Origin: Escherichia coli
GTDB taxonomy: Bacteria > Pseudomonadota > Gammaproteobacteria > Enterobacterales > Enterobacteriaceae
NCBI RefSeq assembly: GCF_024502345.1
Contig: NZ_JALDNN010000003.1
Direction: 5' to 3' (one strand)
Length of the DNA stretch: 64,000 nt
Position numbers and translations under genes: made by a program. Below, piece after piece: positions 52,137-61,818 of this stretch (position 1 is its first letter; each line of letters opens with the position of its first letter). The notes below the pieces were generated by a model. That model saw nothing but the letters and a program-made list of their open reading frames with translations, had not been told where the DNA came from and ran no database searches.

Positions 52137-52154
52137 CCATATTAAGACGATTTT

Positions 52155-52466
52155 TTATTTATTTTCCTGAATTAGTTTTCGAATTTTAATCAGGTGTGGT
52201 CGGCTTAATTTGCATAGCTGTTCGGTCGCGGCATCCAGAGTGGGAAATACATGGGCCTCATTAATATCCAGTGTCCAGTATTTCGCTTTACCTTCTCCCA
52301 GATCAGATTCAAAGTAATTCCGCTTTACCCCAATCTGCTTTGGTCTTCCATTAATTCTGACGATTTCATGCCGCTCGTCGAAGATAAAACCCTCTCCGAC
52401 CAACGTCAGGAGGACAAAAGGGCCCTCGGCCTTTTGCGTACCCAGCGAACTCATCTCATTATTCAT
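52155..52466 (-). CDS. hypothetical protein (103 aa)
   Basis: ATGA-coupled to upstream gene. Confidence 0.45.
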   Translation of the reverse strand: MNNEMSSLGTQKAEGPFVLLTLVGEGFIFDERHEIVRINGRPKQIGVKRNYFESDLGEGKAKYWTLDINEAHVFPTLDAATEQLCKLSRPHLIKIRKLIQENK

Positions 52467-53146
52467 ACGACCTCCCCGGTAATACGCTTAAAGTTGACGA
52501 CCCAGACCCACGGGTTGGCCTGCCAACTGTCCTCGCCGTACGTGTTTTTCCAGAGGCTGCGGAAGCCAAGAAAGTGCTTATCGCCAAGAACACAACATTC
52601 TGTTGGTGCGCCTTCAGCTTTGGCATCTTCCTCGCTGATGGTATTTAACCGCTCTACCCGCAAATCGGTAATTTCCAGTGCAATACGGCTGGCCCAGCGA
52701 GGCATATGGATTGAAGGTGTCCACGCACCTTCGAACTTCATATTTTCGGTACGAGGCTTCCAGTCGGCCTCATCAGGGATCGACCACAGCCCATAATCCC
52801 CCGACCGCTGTTCGCAGCTCGCCCGGTAAATGCGGGCTGCTTCAGTCCTGTCCATCACGATGTTGTCATTCCAGTCCACCGCGCACGCATCTTCATTCCC
52901 GAGCAATGAAAACGCCTCACGGACCGTAATGCGGTCGCCAACTACGCCGTACGGACAAGGCCGAAGCGCCGAGTATGGCTGGGTCCCTGTTGGAAGCCAC
53001 CAGTCATGCGTGTGCCCGCGATGTCGCGGTGTTTGCGCAGGCCTTATAGACCATTCATCCGAACTATATTGAGGCTTTATAATCCGCCGCGTCTGTGTTT
53101 TCTGATCTGCCAGAATTGCCCGGACCATTTCATCATTAAAAAGCAT
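52463..53146 (-). CDS. phage-type ASCH/PUA-like protein (tentative)
   Basis: N-terminus MLFNDEMVRAILADQKTQTRRII resembles common phage ASCH-domain proteins. Confidence 0.5.
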   Translation of the reverse strand: MLFNDEMVRAILADQKTQTRRIIKPQYSSDEWSIRPAQTPRHRGHTHDWWLPTGTQPYSALRPCPYGVVGDRITVREAFSLLGNEDACAVDWNDNIVMDRTEAARIYRASCEQRSGDYGLWSIPDEADWKPRTENMKFEGAWTPSIHMPRWASRIALEITDLRVERLNTISEEDAKAEGAPTECCVLGDKHFLGFRSLWKNTYGEDSWQANPWVWVVNFKRITGEVV

Positions 53147-53301
53147 TCCACGAGTCTTCACTGTGCTGACTCCTTTCACACATGGTTCACACATTGAGAG
53201 GCCTATCCCTCTTTATCAGCCAGGCATACCGAAACTGTCGGTAGTTTTACGGGAACGGGCAACTGCCCCCCTACCTGATAAAGTGGTGTTCTCCCCCAAA
53301 A

Positions 53302-53526
53302 TTAATCGTATTCCCCATCCACTACCGGCTCAGTCGTAATTTCATATTTCACTCCGCCGGGTACATCCAACGCTTTAGCGACGGACTCACACAGCAATGA
53401 CAAATCATTCAGGGTCATTGGGTATTCAACTTCCAGGCTGTGCAGTGCATTGGCGCTGGCAGCAGCAGCCTTGTCAGCATGACAGGCATTAAAAACGAAA
53501 ACGGTGGTTTTTTCTTGAATAGGCAT
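53302..53526 (-). CDS. small hypothetical protein (74 aa), paralogue of 47201-47425
   Basis: ...EYPMTLNDLSLLCESVAKALDVPGGVKY... Confidence 0.5.
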   Translation of the reverse strand: MPIQEKTTVFVFNACHADKAAAASANALHSLEVEYPMTLNDLSLLCESVAKALDVPGGVKYEITTEPVVDGEYD

Positions 53527-53612
53527 AGTGCAATCCTCTGAATAATTAGCCCTGTGATCAGGGCGGTTTTTGATTAAATTTAAATGTTCGTTTTCAATAA
53601 TTAGTGAATCTG

Positions 53613-54077
53613 TTAATCGGGTTGTGACTTATCATTTTCTCCAACCGAAGTGCTGTCGAGAAATGACCATTCTTGTTTGGGGCTTTTATATAATGCACTA
53701 GCCTCAGTACTCATCCACGACTCACAGGCTTTATAAGTCATGCCTTCCTCTCTAACGCGGTCCTTAAAATACGCCCAGGCTTGCAGATCAAGCGGCTGAT
53801 ACTCTTTCAGCGACTGGTCAAGCCTTTCCTTCCAGATTTTCTTCCGATGAGTAAAATGAGGAAAAGCCAGGAATGCATAACTACCTGCAACAAAAAAAAA
53901 GAACAGGAGTCCGCCCCATAGAGAATGTTTGAAAAACACCAGTCCTGGGAAAATCCATGCCACAATGGCAACAAATAAAAGAAGGTGCTCCTTCCCAGTA
54001 GGTTTATTAAAATGCCAGGAAATTGCAATACACTTTAATTTACTAAAGTGATTTTGTTTCTCCTTAATATCGGTCAT
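53613..54077 (-). CDS. membrane protein (154 aa)
   Basis: Two long hydrophobic segments. Confidence 0.5.
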   Translation of the reverse strand: MTDIKEKQNHFSKLKCIAISWHFNKPTGKEHLLLFVAIVAWIFPGLVFFKHSLWGGLLFFFFVAGSYAFLAFPHFTHRKKIWKERLDQSLKEYQPLDLQAWAYFKDRVREEGMTYKACESWMSTEASALYKSPKQEWSFLDSTSVGENDKSQPD

Positions 54078-54123
54078 ATATCAGTCCTTACTTATAAAAA
54101 AATGGTTATTATTAGTCTGATGT

Positions 54124-54137
54124 AAAAGTTACTTTTC
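54124..54137. promoter_or_regulatory. palindromic motif copy R5 AAAAGTTACTTTTC
   Basis: 47 bp upstream of 54077 gene start. Confidence 0.45.
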
Positions 54138-54259
54138 AAAACAGTCCCTTTAACGAATTCCGCACCTGCGCTCATTACAACACACACCATTCGGCGCTTT
54201 TTCCGTTAACGGGGCTATTTTCACGTTTTTTGCACGTATGTCTGATTTTGCTGGTGGGC

Positions 54260-56689
54260 TCACGCCAGCAGGCGGACCATACGTTTCAACAGAGGCCTTA
54301 ACAACGCCGCCGTCCTCTCCCGGCATTCATCCACATGCCGGAACCCCGTCTTTTTCGAAGACTGGGGGCCGGATAACATCCGCAGCTCCCAGATGACTTC
54401 CCGTAAGGTTCCTTCGCGCTCCGGCGAAATACACCCGGCTAATGTCTCCAGAAAGCGTTTTCTTACGGCCCGGTAATACAGACGTTCTTCCGGTTGCTGT
54501 GACGAAATCCGCAGGTTACAGAGGGTCAGGACAGCGTCAAGAGTCCTTGCCTTCAGTTCGTCTCCCGTCCGGGCCAGATGTAGCTGTTGTTCTGTCTCCA
54601 GTTGCGTCGTTATCCACCCCCCCAGAGGGGTTTTGTTGTAGGTGTGCAGTGCCACACAGGCCGCAACACAACACCAGAAGCGCAGTTTCTGCCGCTGCCC
54701 CCGCAGTTTGCGGGCTACGAGCAAGCGATAATCGCTGTCGGTCAGGATCTTGAAACGGCGGCTGGCGAGCAGAGACGGCAGCGGCGTCTGGTCGTTAATG
54801 CCAAGACGTGAATAGGCCTGCCCGCGTTGAGCGAGTCGATGGTACACCGCACCTTTCCCCCGCGAAATTCGGACGGCGCCGTATCTAAGCAGGTACTGTG
54901 CCGCCGCCACAGGGGTAAACTCACCGTCAGACACACGCTGGCGTAATCCGTCATATTCATGCCAGATAATCCAGGATGCCGTGTCTTCATCGACCGTCAG
55001 CTCATCCTCTTCTTCGAATGCAACGATGTTCAGGCCTTCCCCGCTACTCATCAGACTGCGGGAAGCTCGCTCATCCTCCCGACCGTCAAAATAGGCTATT
55101 TCGGATGACGGATCGGACAGCCCGTCAAATGACGTCCCGATACGGCCTTCCGGCAACTTCATCCAGCGTGGTGCTGGCATCGGCGTGCGGGGTACTGGTT
55201 GCATAGCTGGCTCATCGTCGAGAAGATCCAGTGCCCCCCCTTCCCACACCTGGCGGTAAAGTTCAATGGCACGAAATGGGCGCGGGTTAAAGCAATGCAG
55301 TGACCAGAGAAAGTCGATATGCAGCACGTTAGCCTCCTGCACCAGTCGAAACTGCGGCTCCGACATGCGGCGGTTATGCGCGGTATCTTCGATCTCGCCT
55401 GAAAGTAACTTTTCATGCACCGCTGCGGCCCGCTGAGCCTCCACGTAATCGAGGCTGCAACAGATATGGAACAGTCTTTCGGTCAGGGACGACGAGAACA
55501 CATTGGGCTGAAGACGCACATACCCGCCCTCAAACACTTTGCGTCCGATATAATCCCGAAGGCTCCAGTCGTACTGAATTTTGGTCAGGAAACGCTGAAG
55601 GCGGTTGAGACCAGCCTGGTAGCCGTACTTCTCAGGGTCAGTGCGGAGTAAGGTTTCCATCGAGTGATCAATGCCGACGGCGCAGCATAGCGAGCATCCA
55701 TAGCGAGCGCCGCAGGCAGAAGACCGGACAGTGGATTTCTCCGGCGTCCAGATACATTCCCCGGTCGCGTCTTTGTAAAGCGTGGCGAGGCTGAAGTTGT
55801 CCGGCAAAAAGCTTGGCAGCGGAAATCGCGCCAGAGAACCACAGGCCATCAGAAATGACCAGATATCCTGTGCCCGCCACTCTTTCACCGGGTACAGTTC
55901 GCCGCCGTGCTCCGTGAGCGAGACGCTGTCCGCCTGCCCGCCCATTCTTAGGATGTTGTCTGCCCGACGGGCGCTCTCATCATCGCGGGAACCCAGCATC
56001 AGGCACACTTTGTTGCGGACAGAAGCAGGTGCATTTTTCAGATAACGGGCTTTGGCCTGGCGCAGTGGAGAACGCTTTAGATCTGTAGCGCATTGACGCG
56101 TAGAAGAATTTGTCCAGGTTGGAAGTCCACGCCCGGTCAGAATGCGTCCGACCCAGCTCTGGGTCATGGACGGGCGGGCCACAAGGACGGTCAAAGGCAG
56201 TTCTTGTTCGGCAATAAAGGCTCTGAGCTGGCTGAGAACCTGCGTGGCCTGATGATGCATCTCAGGGTTTTCAATCAGGGTGTCAGACATCTGAATGAAG
56301 TGGTGCTGGCTGACGTTCGACCCGTTTCGTACTGCACGGATCAAGGCCATAAGGAACAAGTGCAGTAGCGAGTGAGAGTCTTTCCCGCCGCTGTAGCCGA
56401 CGCACATGGTCCAGCCTTCGGTAATCGCATGATAAATGGCACTGGTTGCCGTCGTCACGCGCGAAGCGAGACTGATCGGCTCACCGGCATCAGTATAATT
56501 CAGATCCGCATCGGTCTTCAGTGTCTGCCAGACATCGCCCCATTTATCCTGCGTCAGAATGGCAGCGTTAGCCGCCTCAGAAAATTGAATTTCTGAGGGT
56601 AATTCAAGGAATGTTTCTTTCATTTCGATATACATATTATTTCCTGAATTTGGCTTTCGCTGTATTGTCGCGATATTTATTAAATCCAT
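54260..56689 (-). CDS. large PP-loop ATP-pyrophosphatase (PAPS-reductase / DndC-like) domain protein, 809 aa
   Basis: PP-loop GYSGGKDS near residue 100; Cys cluster ACGARYGCSLCCAVG; long C-terminal extension of unknown function. Confidence 0.75.
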   Translation of the reverse strand: MDLINIATIQRKPNSGNNMYIEMKETFLELPSEIQFSEAANAAILTQDKWGDVWQTLKTDADLNYTDAGEPISLASRVTTATSAIYHAITEGWTMCVGYSGGKDSHSLLHLFLMALIRAVRNGSNVSQHHFIQMSDTLIENPEMHHQATQVLSQLRAFIAEQELPLTVLVARPSMTQSWVGRILTGRGLPTWTNSSTRQCATDLKRSPLRQAKARYLKNAPASVRNKVCLMLGSRDDESARRADNILRMGGQADSVSLTEHGGELYPVKEWRAQDIWSFLMACGSLARFPLPSFLPDNFSLATLYKDATGECIWTPEKSTVRSSACGARYGCSLCCAVGIDHSMETLLRTDPEKYGYQAGLNRLQRFLTKIQYDWSLRDYIGRKVFEGGYVRLQPNVFSSSLTERLFHICCSLDYVEAQRAAAVHEKLLSGEIEDTAHNRRMSEPQFRLVQEANVLHIDFLWSLHCFNPRPFRAIELYRQVWEGGALDLLDDEPAMQPVPRTPMPAPRWMKLPEGRIGTSFDGLSDPSSEIAYFDGREDERASRSLMSSGEGLNIVAFEEEDELTVDEDTASWIIWHEYDGLRQRVSDGEFTPVAAAQYLLRYGAVRISRGKGAVYHRLAQRGQAYSRLGINDQTPLPSLLASRRFKILTDSDYRLLVARKLRGQRQKLRFWCCVAACVALHTYNKTPLGGWITTQLETEQQLHLARTGDELKARTLDAVLTLCNLRISSQQPEERLYYRAVRKRFLETLAGCISPEREGTLREVIWELRMLSGPQSSKKTGFRHVDECRERTAALLRPLLKRMVRLLA

Positions 56690-56811
56690 TTAATATCTTC
56701 AGCGCAATATGTGAAGCTAAAAATAGTTAAATTGAAATCATGCCAATTTAATTAAATAACACTGAACAAATAAAATTACGCGGCAATAAATATATTATGT
56801 TCTCCACGCTC

Positions 56812-57258
56812 TCACGAATACTGCTGGGTAATTAAAACCGTCGCATTTGATTCCAGCTCTGCCAACGGAATTAGGGGCGTATTGAGCATCATGTCATCGC
56901 CGCAATGACGGGGTACAGCCGTCAGATGAAATGATTCTTTCATGACCCGGATGGAAGTTGTTTCCGTGCGGCAGGAGGGCATTACGTCCCGGAGCATCGT
57001 TTCCTGTCCGCTGCTGTCACTTTCAATAAACGCAGCCTGCGACATGAGAACCTCAATGTCCTCTTCCAATGTTTCGGACCAGTGGCAGTCATAGAAGAAA
57101 AACTCGGCGGCGTACAAATCATTTTCTTTCACGTATGCCGCCAGTTCACGGATACGCTTAGCCAGCGACGTATCAATGGAAAAGAAGACGCTTTGCGGGA
57201 CATCACTCGCAAATTCATTGATGCAGCTAGCGGACAAAATCAGGATTTTATTGGTCAT
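56812..57258 (-). CDS. hypothetical protein (about 148 aa)
   Basis: Internal Met MTNKILILSASCINEF... Confidence 0.45.
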   Translation of the reverse strand: MTNKILILSASCINEFASDVPQSVFFSIDTSLAKRIRELAAYVKENDLYAAEFFFYDCHWSETLEEDIEVLMSQAAFIESDSSGQETMLRDVMPSCRTETTSIRVMKESFHLTAVPRHCGDDMMLNTPLIPLAELESNATVLITQQYS

Positions 57259-57305
57259 TTTCAGCTCTCCATGCCACCGGCTGTTCCGGTGGCAATCAGG
57301 GATTA

Positions 57306-58112
57306 TCAGGCAGTCACGGGGCACAATTCGTCAAGTGAAGGCAGTAATTTGCTCAGGCTTTCGTACACGACGGGCATCAATTCAGTGACGCTGTGAAGCG
57401 CCATGCTGGTATTGTCTTCTTCGCTGAGAATGATAACTCCATCCTCACCAGGATTGTCGGGCGTGCTCTCGTCAGAGGCCAGGCGGTGGCGTGCAACGTC
57501 ATAAGCCGATTCTGATTTTTTGCAGCTCATCAGATAGCATTGAGTGTATGTGTATTCGTGGTTGTACTGGTTCACTTTCACCAACGCATACTGAACACCG
57601 GCATCATGAGCTTCGTTCATCAGGCGAGAAAAATTAAAGCCTTCTTCGTAGTGGTGTGTATCTTTAGTCACCACAATAGTCGCACCGCCGAACTCGTTTT
57701 CGCGTGGTCGGTCGCAGACGAAAGCGGCATTGATTGTGACCATCTCAGGCAGGTTAAACACCGACAACACGGCAGTTGTTACCGCGATAGCGTGGTCGAG
57801 GTTAATGCTTTCATCATGGCAGATTGCCAGGCCTTTACCGGTGATTTCCGCTTTGAGTTCCAGCTCGTAATTGTCTTCTGGTGACTCCGACTGACCAAAA
57901 GTCGGCTCAAACGGATCGCACTCCGGGTGGTTCTGAATAATACCCAGGACAAGCAATTCAGTGAGGGAACACTCTGAAACCGGTTTAGACAGCAAGTGTT
58001 CACCTTCCGCCACATCCGTGTCTGTAACATACGCAATCGCGTCCAGTGCCATCTGTGCCTGTTCCTGTGAACAGAGAATTGTGAAGGATGCCTGAGTGTA
58101 ATTGTTCGCCAT
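57306..58112 (-). CDS. hypothetical protein (268 aa)
   Basis: ORF in array; acidic. Confidence 0.5.
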   Translation of the reverse strand: MANNYTQASFTILCSQEQAQMALDAIAYVTDTDVAEGEHLLSKPVSECSLTELLVLGIIQNHPECDPFEPTFGQSESPEDNYELELKAEITGKGLAICHDESINLDHAIAVTTAVLSVFNLPEMVTINAAFVCDRPRENEFGGATIVVTKDTHHYEEGFNFSRLMNEAHDAGVQYALVKVNQYNHEYTYTQCYLMSCKKSESAYDVARHRLASDESTPDNPGEDGVIILSEEDNTSMALHSVTELMPVVYESLSKLLPSLDELCPVTA

Positions 58113-58339
58113 TGCATAACTCCTTATTTAATTAAATGTGATTGCTGTCTGTGAATAGATAATATCAAAACAGATACCTGCACCTAATAACCAATAATGA
58201 AATATGTTCGAAATTTTTATAGAGCAGACAGCGCCATATTTAATAATCCAACTTTTATTCTGGATACGGTGTAAAATAAATATACGGGAAAACAAAAAAC
58301 CGCCACAAGGGCGGAATTTATTAGACGGGAAAGATTTGG

Positions 58340-58603
58340 TTATACGGTATGTGTCAGGGAGGAAGCAATGAGCCTGTCTGGTAACAGTGATTGTAGGGAC
58401 GCAGACGAAATAACAAGCACCTGATCCAAGTGCGCTATACCTTCGTCGATATGTTGCTGGAATGCCGCTTCAGCTTCACCGCAGGAGTCCGCTTCGACCA
58501 GCATCACCTCTTCCTCATCATCAAACATCATGCGGCCTGAGATAATATACAGTCGGCTTAAGTCCGGGGTATTTACAGCGATGCCCTGTTCGTTAATCAT
58601 CAT
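58340..58603 (-). CDS. hypothetical protein (87 aa)
   Basis: ORF in array. Confidence 0.4.
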   Translation of the reverse strand: MMINEQGIAVNTPDLSRLYIISGRMMFDDEEEVMLVEADSCGEAEAAFQQHIDEGIAHLDQVLVISSASLQSLLPDRLIASSLTHTV

Positions 58604-58659
58604 TTTTCTCCGCCTTCAATTTTTAAATTTGTCAGTTCTGCTACGTGTAAAAAACAGCA

Positions 58660-58992
58660 TCAGCCCTGTAAACCCGGACAGGTATCAACGTAGCTCATTG
58701 GTTTGCCGATCGCGGCGCTCAGGCGAAGGATTTCGCCGATGGAGACGTACCGAAGCATTTCCGAACGCCCGTGTTTCTGGTATTCATCCACCGACATAGT
58801 GCGCCAGTCCTTGTGCGGTGCGGTTTTGCACAACTGCCAGTTGTCGGCAGTGGTCGGGCGACGCAGGACATATACACCCAGCGAAGGCGTGAGGCCACTG
58901 CCGAATGCCTGCTCCACCACAATACGTACTTCAGAGCCGTCGGGGCGTTTCAGTGTCTGAGTAATTTTAGTAATGAGCTGTTCGGATTCCAT
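58660..58992 (-). CDS. hypothetical protein (110 aa)
   Basis: ORF in array. Confidence 0.45.
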   Translation of the reverse strand: MESEQLITKITQTLKRPDGSEVRIVVEQAFGSGLTPSLGVYVLRRPTTADNWQLCKTAPHKDWRTMSVDEYQKHGRSEMLRYVSIGEILRLSAAIGKPMSYVDTCPGLQG

Positions 58993-59288
58993 ACTATTAA
59001 CCTCGACCGTCAGTTGGGTTGCTGTAGGGATATTTTACCAAAGTCGGCTCTCTGGCTAATAAGTAAGAAGTGATTTTTTTCATTCATTGAAGTTTCTTTC
59101 ATATGGAATGAATATTAATTATTTAAACTGACTCGGCCTATTTTAATTATTATTAATCAGGGTATTTAATGTGCAAATTGGCAGGGCGCTGAATTACCGG
59201 GCATCCATTGCCCGGACAGTTTATTAAAAAAAACTGATAATGCCCCGCCGGAGAATTACGCCAATTCCTGTGAAGGCATGGTCTGGCT

Positions 59289-59312
59289 GAAAAGTTACTT
59301 TTCCCGGTTGCC
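59289..59312. promoter_or_regulatory. palindromic motif copy R2 GAAAAGTTACTTTTCCCGGTTGCC
   Basis: In 500-bp ORF-free region upstream of 58992 gene. Confidence 0.5.
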
Positions 59313-59491
59313 CTGCCTTGATCCCGTATCGTTTATACCGGTCTGCTCTTACATCCTACCTGGGCAGCAGCTGGCTACGGTGATCGGGTATTAAAATAGA
59401 ACCGGTCTGTTTTACCGCAGATTCAACGCCCCGCACCTAGCGTAAAATCGCCTTTCCCGGATGCCCTCCTTAGTCGTCCGGCACGATGGCG

Positions 59492-60653
59492 CTACTCCCA
59501 GCGATAAGGGGTAAAATAGTCCTCGTTAACAGCAAGAAATTCGGTCAGGGAATGCATCGCCTTCGTGTCATATGCCGTCACAATAAAACGGTATCCGTCC
59601 ACCGTTTCGATGTAGCTGATCCCCCGTGGCGTGCAACTGGATTTCACAACTTCCGCCGTCATCATAAACTGCCCTTGCGGGAATTCCGGTGACAGGTAGA
59701 TAAAGCCAGTGGTGGCTGATGACGGGTTGGCATTCATCAGCACGCTGTTAAATTGCTTTCCGTGCCGCGCCGGAATCAACGCGCTCCCCGCTGTCGCCTG
59801 AGTCATCAACTGGCGGATCAGGGTTTCCTCTTTATCTGAGCTGTAGGCGCGAACATCATTTTCAGCCCCGGAGCGTGAGTAGACGCCGACATGAGCAAGA
59901 CGTCGGTACTCGTTACGCATATAGGCATGACAGGATGCACCGGCTCGCCCCTGAAGAGTGACGCCAAAGTCTTCACATAACATCAGTACCTGGCGCAGGT
60001 TTTTGTCATAGACCGTGGCAGAGAGCGCCAGGTTATAGCTGATGAATGTCAGCTCAAAAACCCGGGTATGTGCGTCACTAAGGTGTGCCTCCATGCGGAT
60101 CACTGGTTTCTCCGTCATTGGAAACGGCGTACCGGCCAAGCAGTACGAGGTAACATCGCTAAAACACTCGTCGATCACACTGGCAATGACCGTATCGGCG
60201 TCAATGACAGCCGGAGCTGGAACATAAATCTGAAACTGTCCTTCAGTGCCCGGTTGGATCAGGACGGGGTATAGACGCGGGGAATTGAGTTGTTCGCAGT
60301 CGGCATTGATCAGTTCTGTCCAACCGGGTTTTCCGGTGGGAGCATCAAGGCGAAGACCCAGGTTATCGCAGAAGTCGACGATCTGGCGGGAGTGCTCCAC
60401 CATCACTGCCCCGGAGAGTGTCAGACCGTGCGTAACCATCTGCATCTCACTCGTCCGGGTCTGGGAGTTCTGGGACCAGGGCTGTAATGAAAGCGTCGTC
60501 CGACTTAAGGAGGGAATGATGGTTTCATTCAGAGGTTCAATAAGCTGGCAATGCGCATACAGCCGGGTGGCGAGGAAGTCAAATATGAAGCTTGCCTGTT
60601 GTTTTGTGCTGGCCTGAATATAAAACATCGCATCCATGCCTGAATCCCGGGAT
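59492..60653 (-). pseudogene. 395-codon gene of unknown function split after codon 7 by IS1; first 5 codons and start of the TSD remain at 61436-61450
   Basis: Removing IS1 and one TSD copy restores ATG AAA CTT TTC GGT ATT TCA TCC CGG... (MKLFGISSRDSGMDAMFYIQ...); ORF-track start MAASPG is encoded by the IS1 terminus. Confidence 0.7.
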
Positions 60654-60717
60654 GAAATACCGGGTGATGCTGCCAACTTACTGATTTAGTGTATGATGGT
60701 GTTTTTGAGGTGCTCCA

Positions 60718-60993
60718 GTGGCTTCTGTTTCTATCAGCTGTCCCTCCTGTTCAGCTACTGACGGGGTGGTGCGTAACGGCAAAAGCACCGCCGGACATCA
60801 GCGCTATCTCTGCTCTCACTGCCGTAAAACATGGCAACTGCAGTTCACTTACACCGCTTCTCAACCCGGTACGCACCAGAAAATCATTGATATGGCCATG
60901 AATGGCGTTGGATGCCGGGCAACAGCCCGCATTATGGGCGTTGGCCTCAACACGATTTTACGTCACTTAAAAAACTCAGGCCGCAGTCGGTAA
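60718..60993 (+). CDS. insA: IS1 InsA
   Basis: Near-identical to copy 1 InsA. Confidence 0.95.
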
Positions 60994-61415
60994 CCTCGCG
61001 CATACAGCCGGGCAGTGACGTCATCGTCTGCGCGGAAATGGACGAACAGTGGGGATACGTCGGGGCTAAATCGCGCCAGCGCTGGCTGTTTTACGCGTAT
61101 GACAGGCTCCGGAAGACGGTTGTTGCGCACGTATTCGGTGAACGCACTATGGCGACGCTGGGGCGTCTTATGAGCCTGCTGTCACCCTTTGACGTGGTGA
61201 TATGGATGACGGATGGCTGGCCGCTGTATGAATCCCGCCTGAAGGGAAAGCTGCACGTAATCAGCAAGCGATATACGCAGCGAATTGAGCGGCATAACCT
61301 GAATCTGAGGCAGCACCTGGCACGGCTGGGACGGAAGTCGCTGTCGTTCTCAAAATCGGTGGAGCTGCATGACAAAGTCATCGGGCATTATCTGAACATA
61401 AAACACTATCAATAA
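60912..61415 (+). CDS. insB: IS1 InsB
   Basis: [25 protein letters not shown]... Confidence 0.95.
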
Positions 61416-61458
61416 GTTGGAGTCATTACCGAAATACCGAAAAGTTTCATTTTTTACC

Positions 61459-61755
61459 TTAATGGATGAGCGATTTATAATCATGCGCCGACAGGTGGAC
61501 GTTATGTACGCCATCGTTCCACTCAAAGAATAGCCGATATTTTGAATTAACTCGAATGGAAGAATACCGGTTTGCGGTCATTCTTAAGCGTTCGTACCGC
61601 AAACTACCAGATAACAATTCGCGTTCGTTTTTAACATTATTTAACGTTTCCAGTCTGCATGAAATCGCATTAATCAGTTCAGCAGGAATGCCTGCCGTGG
61701 ATTTTCCATTACGGAAAAACTTTTCCAATCGCCTGTCTTTAAATGAATGGATCAT
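61459..61755 (-). CDS. HigB-like toxin (plasmid-maintenance killer protein family, RelE/ParE fold)
   Basis: [38 protein letters not shown]...SIRVNSKYRLFFEWNDGVHNVHLSAHDY aligns with Rts1 HigB pattern (MIKSFKHKGLKLLFEKG...P...RL...SITVRANWRITF...DY). Confidence 0.65.
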   Translation of the reverse strand: MIHSFKDRRLEKFFRNGKSTAGIPAELINAISCRLETLNNVKNERELLSGSLRYERLRMTANRYSSIRVNSKYRLFFEWNDGVHNVHLSAHDYKSLIH

Positions 61756-61818
61756 ATTTTCCTCCGTAACGAAATGAGTTTAAATAAATAAGAATTAAAA
61801 AAGCCTAAATCTAATTTA

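Larger units (their letters stand above)
60663..61430 (+). mobile_element. IS1 copy 2 (768 bp), simple insertion with 9-bp target duplication GAAATACCG
   Basis: GGTGATGCTGCCAACTTACTG...TTGGAGTCATTACC; GAAATACCG at 60654-60662 and 61431-61439. Confidence 0.95.

Noticed and set aside
60663-60676. ORF-track start MAASPG of the 394-aa ORF as the native N-terminus
   Set aside because: These codons are encoded by the IS1 terminus; the native start (MKLFGI) is on the other side of IS1 at 61450, as shown by the 9-bp target duplication.
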